Source of the DNA: Eledone cirrhosa | Taxonomy: Eukaryota | DNA length: 64,000 nt | NCBI GenBank assembly: GCA_964016885.1 | Contig: OZ024742.1 | Location: 114,576,001 to 114,640,000 of the forward strand | Direction of reading: 5' to 3' | Shown here: positions 54,901 through 64,000 of the stretch, one piece after another | Layout: each line of letters opens with the position of its first letter | Position numbering within the stretch: position 1 is the first letter of the stretch | Made by a program: the position numbers and the translations under genes | The notes under the pieces: generated by a model | What the model saw: the letters and a program-made list of their open reading frames with translations, nothing else | What the model was told of the DNA's origin: nothing | Databases searched by the model: none

Positions 54901-55030
54901 TGCCTGTTTTGGGGGTAGTCGTGTTAAAATATTTAGCAGAAGGAAATTTATTTCATACTTTACCAGGGCTGTGTTGTTGTTGCTAGTGTTGCTGTTAATA
55001 CTGTTGCTTCTACTGCTGCTGATACTGAAA
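51980..55030 (-). mobile_element. Heavily deleted Tx1-clade LINE relic
   Basis: Minus strand: Thr-rich ORF1 with CYLC knuckle (about 54220); LKGVPKTIPT (cf. copy D LKGFPKETPP); ORF2 start MAIMRVKYLNVR; CTMSKSTGL; PIVRRSICYQ; 3' UTR motif CCCCTATTGG at about 52235. Confidence 0.8.
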
Positions 55031-55324
55031 TAGATTTTTAATAGTGTGCCGTTCCATTCTGCGCATGATCGGCAGTTTCCTTTCAGTAGACGTATATTCC
55101 TAATCCAACGAACTTTATATGCTTTGGAGTGGAGTGTTATATAAACAAACTCCGGTTTCGTGCCTCGGGGATACATGTAGAGCTAAAGCAACCTGTTACC
55201 AAAGTTTAACTATAAAAACAGCCACTAAATTCATGTCAATACGATATGTTGAAGAACAACGTGAAATTATAACAGCATTTGGGAGCGAAATATCACGTTG
55301 TGTAGAAGCATGGGCCAATAATAA

Positions 55325-55490
55325 TAAGAACAATGGTTTTGAATTTAGGCATAAGCCCAGGAATTTTTGTGGAGAGGAAAAGTCGATTGAATCAACTCCA
55401 GTGGTACTTTATTTTATTGATCCTCTAAGAATGAAAGTCAAAGCTACCCTCGGTGGGTTTTGAACACAAAACGTAAATGCAAGAGGGTTA
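55325..55490 (-). mobile_element. Diverged SINE
   Basis: GGTACTTTATTTTATTGATCCTCTAAGAATGAAAGTCAAAGCTACCCTCGGTGGGTTTTGAAC. Confidence 0.7.
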
Positions 55491-58400
55491 GAATTCACAT
55501 CAATGTACATATAATGACAGAATACACGCAACGTATTTCGATTAAGGATATCAAGCAACGAGTTCTTAAGAATAGAATAATTTGTGGGGGTAGAATGCAT
55601 CTATTTATAAAAAATGTGGTAGAAACAACGGGAATGCCTGCACGAATCCTACTGATTCAACGGGAAAAACACAACCTGTCAAATTCTCTTCAAATCTTAC
55701 ACAGGCTACTTGAATAAGGAAAGAACGCCACATATTATACATTGAGTTATGCAACGAAACCGCAGAGAATCTATGCTTAAACTTTAATAATAATGACGTA
55801 TTATCTTCGTTCTTTATGCAATATAAACAAAATGAACGCGAAAATAATTTGTCGCAAGAATATATATTATCTGTAATAACATATGTAATTCACACGAGAG
55901 AGTTGAGAGTTTCGAAATATTTTTCAATATACACACACATTTGATCAATTACTGTAACGTAAGATAGATATTTCTACTGAATTCTATGTAGATGAAGTCA
56001 TAAGTTCTGGAAGAACACATACAGTGTTGGAAATTGAAAGTTGAGACTTAAGGCTGATTCACAGATCATGTAATGTTGATACGATGTATTGCAACAACAT
56101 TTTATCTATCTAAATATTGATCAACGATAAAACGGAAAATTTCATATTTTAAAATATACTCAAAGTACTTTACATAAAATAATGCCCCAAAGAATACTTT
56201 TTTCTTTGATTATTTTACTTTTCTTCGCCGCTGTAATTTTATTTTTCATAAATGTTTTATAATTTGCGTATACAGTAGAAATTTTCCATGTGAAAATACT
56301 TGTGACGACCCATCAGAAAATTTCTAGTTTGGCTTATGACCTTTGAAATTAACCATTGAGTTTCTTTTAGCGTATGCATAATTTAACGGATCCTATGTCA
56401 ATGGCTAAGCTTATATACAATTAAGAAACATACATCCTGCCAAATTGACACAAACCAATCAATCTGAAGGCCTACACAAAGATGAAAGTAAATATTCCTT
56501 TGAATTCTTCTATAGGTTATATTTGAATTGAAGCCGAAATTTAACATGATGTTTGAACTACACATTTTTAAATTGTTTATTCTTGAAGTAGTTTTATATC
56601 TACGACAGAAATAATATTTACAACAGATTGTATTTAAACTAGATTTTCCATATAATAAATTTTATCGGAAAATATTTGTTTGAAATTGTTTATTTTTACT
56701 TCAGTATCTATGTTTGATATATATCTACACCAATGAAGAAAATAACTGCAAACATTATATTGGTTCTGCGAATGTTAACATTGTGAACGCTACTACTGCT
56801 GCTGTTGTTGTTACAGCTTCTACTGCTAATCATGTAGAATATGATGACAGTAAAGACGACGATGATGTCGATACACAAAATTCATACTGTACTTAACGAA
56901 CTGAATCATACTTAAATACAAAATCTCTTAAAATTTATGTTTGTTATGAGATATTGTATATCTCATTTCGTTCCAAATGGTGGAAAACACAATGTTTGGC
57001 CTGCGATTAGAAGCAATTTATGAAATATTTTAAATAATGTTCTCGCAACATGGAAATAATCTGACACATTCTCACCTGAATTTCATTCAAATCTATAGAA
57101 TAGGAATGACGATAAGTAATTCAATTTAACTCATTACACCCGTAGATAATACTCGCTTCAATTTTCGCCGATCCCAAGAAGTCATCTTCGGCATTAAGAT
57201 GACTTCTTTAAAATATATATTAATAATATCGCCTCAAATCGACATTTCCCAAATGAAAATATCAATGTTTCATATCGTTATGTTTTTCAATTCCTTCCAA
57301 AATATTCATACTCGTCCATAGGTTTTGTATCTCACAGACCAAATCTGTGATCAACAGTGTGACGAATGAACATTTTACAATTCATACATTTTCTACATTG
57401 CCATAGCTGCTTTTTACTGTATCCTACCGTATGCTATTCCTACAAATGTACCATAAGAGTCGAGGGCCTGTACATTTAATGCATCCCTGATATAGGTGTA
57501 TATAAATCTTCTCGTTAAATCTTCCACAAAGATACTTTTCATGAATATGATATTTTTGCTTGACTTTTTGGTTTATGTATTCTATATATTCATTTTCCTG
57601 ATTAATATTGGTATTAATTAGTTGAAATGTTGTTTGAAGATGAAATAGTTAGTATATTGTAAGCATGTAGTTTAAAAGAAATCATCAGTAATTATTTTAA
57701 GCATGAAATTACACTTAATACAGACAAGCACTACTTCGAGAAAAATTCAAAGGAATAAATGATTGGCCAGGAAATTGTTTCAGCAAGTCCCTCTCAAGAA
57801 ACAAGTGTATCAGTATGAAATAACATATTAGCATATATACCTTCTTTCTGTGTGATTTAGAACGATTTCATATATGTACCCATACGGTCATAAAAGCAGG
57901 AACAATCTCATTTAAACACTAAACGTACTATACTCTAATTGTGAACAAGAGGTGTTAAATTATATGTATGTAAGGTTTAAGTATATAGTATGTGTTTCTA
58001 TGCAAATATCACACACAAACCTGATATCTATTTATGTATAAACGTTATACATATATAATTATATCTTAAATATTTTGAGGAAGGGGTATATTTCACTATG
58101 GTTTCCGAAATATTTGAGTATTACTTATATAAATACCCCAGAACGGCAAATTATGATTTCTTTAATGATGGTGAGATTTGAAATTAAAATGAATGGAACA
58201 TTACACATCACAGTAAAATAACACGCATATGAGACCAAAATATCAATTACACACATATCAAGATCACACACTTTCATTGAATATTTTTTATGTATTTATT
58301 GTTTTCATTGTGTTTGAATTTCGAGGAGATCTAAGTATGTCCCACAACATTAATTCCTAGATTTAGTGTTATTCTGTTTAAATAGCATGAGAAGCTTTCT

Positions 58401-59086
58401 TTCATAATATTGAAGTTCCTATCAAGGAACATTTACACAGAGACATATTACCTGCGATACCTTTCATAATAATAACTACCAGTTAAAAGTTAGCGTCATA
58501 TTAGCATATGAGAGTGTTTATTATTGTTGTTGTTCTTGTTATTATATGAGAGTGTTTATTATTGTTGTTGTTCTTGTTGTTATTATCATTATTATTAACA
58601 TTATTTATGTTGTTGTTATTATTATTTCGTTTCGTTTATATTCCCTTTATTGTTCTCAGCCTGTCCATGTTTTTGATTAATCTTGCAAAATATTTTCATA
58701 GGTAATATAGTTTAATAGTAGGTCTTACAATGTCAATATATTTATTTACAGCAAGTTCACAGAGTTAGTGGCAAGAAGTTTTATTACTTCACTCGTTTAA
58801 TAGTTTTTAGTTACCTTGGTAACTACAAATGTTTATCGATTAAGCGAAATAAATTGGAAATTGCTTGTGTCGTGCGAACTGCTTCCTACAGTTGGAGAAA
58901 ATGTAAAAAAAAAAAAAGCAAAAACAAAAACGGAAAGCAAAATGTTGAAAACATAACAACGCAATCAGAATTGTGTGAGGGCAGTCACAAGCGTTATACA
59001 ATTACACGTACACATACAAATATTGTGATTTGGCAGGTGCCTTTGCATGTACATGCATACGCATAGATACACTGAAACCACTGAAA

Positions 59087-59213
<127 letters not shown>

Positions 59214-59857
59214 AGTATTTGTGAGTCTCTCTTTGTGTTTAAGTCTATGTTCGTGTGTGTGTATGTGTGAGTATGTGTCTATGTTTATGTTGTGTGGTGA
59301 GCATGTGACATTCTTGTGAGTATGGGTGTCCGTGTCTGAGTATACAAGATTATGAGTCTATGAACACATTTTACCTCTACTGAGACCATGGAAAATTGTC
59401 AGAGAGAGACCATCGCGGTGTGGGTTGTGTGTTTTAATTTGTTTTCTTACATTATGCTAAAACGATTGCCCACGTCAGAACTTTGCCATTTGTAGACGTT
59501 GTTTATAATTACATTTCAAAGAGTCTGAGTGAATGCTGGAGCGGTACTTTCATTATTGACAGTGGCAGATATCGATGATTTTTTTAGTTTCAGAAGATCC
59601 CGTTAAGGGTGAAAGCAGCGATTATTTGCTTAAACTTTAATCTGTCATTTTAATAGATATTTGCTCTACGGTTCTTATATATTTGATATATATTTATCCT
59701 TATCGAGCCCTCTTTGGATTTTAGTCTTGAAATGTATTATTATTACTATATATATATACACACAACACCTAGTGTGAGTGATGATAAGTAGCCCTGGATT
59801 ACATTGGATAAATGGAGGATATATATATACATATATATATGGATAGATAAATAGAGA

Positions 59858-61180
<1,323 letters not shown>

Positions 61181-61836
61181 TATATATACACCGGTTGGAT
61201 TACCGGCATCTTATCTTTTCAGGAATCGCCCCTCCACTCCAGTGCAAACATACCGCACGCCCTTTCAACTCAGTGACGGGTTTAACGTACTCTGATGCTG
61301 GGTTTGAATAGTTTAGGATTCCCCAGTTCAGCAGCCAGTACGTTAAAGAAAATTGATAGTTACAACAATAAAGACTGAACAGAGAACACATGTTTTAACA
61401 AACTTTACAATAATTTGTACAACCATAATGGAAATTCCGAGTAACAGAAAATACATAAATTACATTGTTAGAGCCTCTACGTATACACAATATTTTGTTC
61501 AGCCTTCAAAGATGAAGAGATTGTTTAGCGAGGTCACTCTAGAGCATCCTACATACAATTGATCATGGGAGAATCATGCGTTTCCCGGATGAAGGCCAGC
61601 CACTTTTATGGTTTGACCCTGAGCTTCGATGATGGTAATCATGAAGCTTAGTCTCGCTGTTGCTCCAGTAACAGTGTTTCTTCTGGAAAATCTGATATTG
61701 CGTCCAGGCTGGGATATTTTGGGTAGCATATCGGCAGTAACATTGATGATAAGCCGTCTGTGCTTTGGGGAAATAGATACGTTTGTTTATATTTCGATTT
61801 TGTGTATGCCAAAATATCTGTACACGAATATATAAT

Positions 61837-61898
<62 letters not shown>

Positions 61899-62759
61899 AA
61901 CACGTATGGCCCCGACGGCAGAGCTCAAGCCGTTTCGACGGCTATTTCTGGAATAAATAATAATTTTGTGCCTTGTAAATAAATAGCCGAACTTCTCAGG
62001 GGGTATTTCCTTATTTGGGAAGATAGTAATTGTTGAGAGCATTGCTCAAAAGTGTGTTGGACAGACAGATGAATGTATCATGGCATTTGGTAGGGGGTAG
62101 GGGTGGCTGAAATTGCCGGTAGAACAAAGAGGGAGTGGGGGAAACCCAGTCAAGCGTTGAAGGTGAAATCTATATAGCAGATTCTAAGGATAGTGTATAA
62201 AAGCTCGAAAACAGTGTACTGGATAAGAGGAGGGGGTTGAAAGAAGAGGTAAATCGAAAGGGAGTAAAAAAAAACATTATAAAAATAAGGAAATAAATAT
62301 ATAAAAAACAATGTCTGGTTACTAAGCCATTTCCACAATCCCCAAATCTCTTATTGATATTGCTAAGCTATAGAAAAGTAAAATAGGTGGAGAATGGGAA
62401 CAATACTAAATACGAGATAGTAGTGAAAGAATTGTATAAAGCCGGCTTTACAGGGGGTCTAACACAACTGCTATAGATATCTAGTAATCAACCAATGCTA
62501 TCTTATAATGACAGGTTAATAAGTTGAGAACAAAAATACTAAAATACTACTACAAAAATACTAATACAAAATATTAATACAAAAATACTAATACAAAAAT
62601 ACTAATACAAACATTCTAATACAAAAGTACTAATACAAAAATACCACTAAGAAATTTAGAAACACAGAAATGGAGCAGCAATCAGAAAGAGAAAAAATTA
62701 CTGGGGTCTAACACATCTGCTATAAAAAGCGTAATCGGCCAATTATATTAAAATATCGT

Positions 62760-63407
62760 TTTCTTAAACCTTAGATTGGTTGCTATCAAGTTCGCCTCCA
62801 GCAGGGTGTCTATCAGTAGTCATCCATTTCGGTTGGTGTTATTATGGAAGTACAAGCAAGGATCTTGACTGGCCTCCTTACACAGATGTGCATTTAAGTC
62901 CCCCAAAACAAGCAGGATGATGTGTGCTTGTGCGTTGTTGACAGCTCTACACACCTCCTCATGGAACTCTTCCGGACTCACATCACCGTCTCCCTCGGTT
63001 GGACTATAGGCTGAGATGACTGTCAGTCTCGGGTTTCCATTGAAGGCCACCCTCAACACTCGCGGGGAGACAGGTATTATTTCACTCACCAAGAAGACTA
63101 GTCGTTCTGCTGAAAACAAAACCCACTCCACCCAATGCAGCATTGGTCATGTTCCTCACTGCCGATATGGTGATGAGCTGGCTCATCTTCCCAATCATCA
63201 CACACCTCGCGGGCTCATCGTGTAGGATCCTGTGTTCTTGGATCGCAAGTATCTGTATAGCACTCTCCTCGAACATATGTCCCAACTCCTCTCTCTTCTT
63301 CAGCGTCCGAATAGTCCTCACATTCAAAGTGCCCATTGTGATGGCTCTTCTGCAGGACAAAACTGCATTCTTTATATTTGTCCCTGAGACAGATGATCCA
63401 TCATCCA
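62760..63407 (-). pseudogene. RTE-clade LINE APE endonuclease remnant
   Basis: MGTLNVRT, ILAIQEHR, GGVGF, SPRVL..FNGNPRLTVISAYSPT, LGDLNA, NRNG. Confidence 0.88.
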
Positions 63408-64000
63408 CTGGCCCTCCCTGGTCACAAATACAGTGAAGTAGGCAGAGGATTTGATGCAGGGGGTTGAGACTGTGTCGATAAGAGTGGGGCTGAGAATGAA
63501 TGAGGCTAAAACAAAATATCTGGTAGAGAATGTTGAGAAGCCAAACGGGAACACTAATGTAGGCGGGAAGCAGCTAGAATTGGTTGATGACTTCTTGTAT
63601 TTGGGAGCAAAGATTGGGAATACGGAAAATAATGTGGTTGAGAGGCAGAGCAAAGCCTGGACGGCATGCCACAGCTTGAGATCGGTGTGGAATCGGACCT
63701 TCGTGAAGACCTGAAAATCCGCCTCTTCATTGCTGTAGTGGAGTCTGTGCTGCTGTACGGATCTGAGATTTGGACACTGACCAAGAAACTCACTCAGATG
63801 GTGGGTGGGTGCTACACGAGAATGCTGAGGGTGGCTTTGAACATTAATCAATATAAACTGAGGATGAAAAACTCAGAGCTGTATGGGAGCCTCCCAAATG
63901 TCAGCTCAAATGTGACACAGAAGAGACTGAGGTTAGTTGGACATGCTCACCGACATCCAGAGTTGAAATTGCACTCAATGCTCCTGTGGGAGCCCGTACA
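63408..64000 (+). pseudogene. RTE-clade LINE RT C-terminal remnant (runs off the window)
   Basis: VGLRMNEAKTKY, LELVDDFLYLG, KAWTACHSLRSVW, KIRLFIAVVESVLLYGSEIWTLT, RRLRLVGH..RH. Confidence 0.88.

Noticed and set aside
55500-59050. Host exons in the apparently unique AT-rich stretch
   Set aside because: No ORF with recognisable domains or convincing splice structure; small exons cannot be excluded without RNA data.
62535-62645. TACAAAAATACTAA tandem repeat as a telomeric or functional array
   Set aside because: A short degenerate 14-bp minisatellite with no further support.

Overview
AT-rich, gene-free eukaryotic repeat landscape. I infer a cephalopod (Octopus-like) origin from the recurring tRNA-head SINE and the dense (TA)n/(CA)n microsatellites. 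No intact host gene is supported, and most ORF-track entries are microsatellite or antisense artefacts. (1) 5.07-24.77 kb: a head-to-tail chain of at least four decayed Tx1/L1-clade non-LTR retrotransposons (Thr/Pro-rich zinc-knuckle ORF1; APE-RT-Cys ORF2). Each ends in an (ATT)n tail that directly abuts the next element, and two tandem SINEs follow. (2) Two Penelope-like element (PLE) loci (26.9-33.9 kb, Naiad-like; 38.5-41.1 kb), each an inverted pair carrying RT, GIY-YIG and type I hammerhead ribozymes (HHR). (3) Several small non-coding fold-back elements carrying HHRs and embedded in (TA)n. The most striking is a 517/518-bp unit present as two differently permuted, terminally redundant, inverted copies (60.0-61.1 kb), as expected for a retrozyme-like circular RNA template. 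(4) A 5-kb degenerate A/T-tract array containing an 82-bp perfect palindrome, a minus-strand Tx1 relic, and an RTE LINE with an internal inversion at the right edge. All alignments and structures were done by eye; boundaries are approximate.
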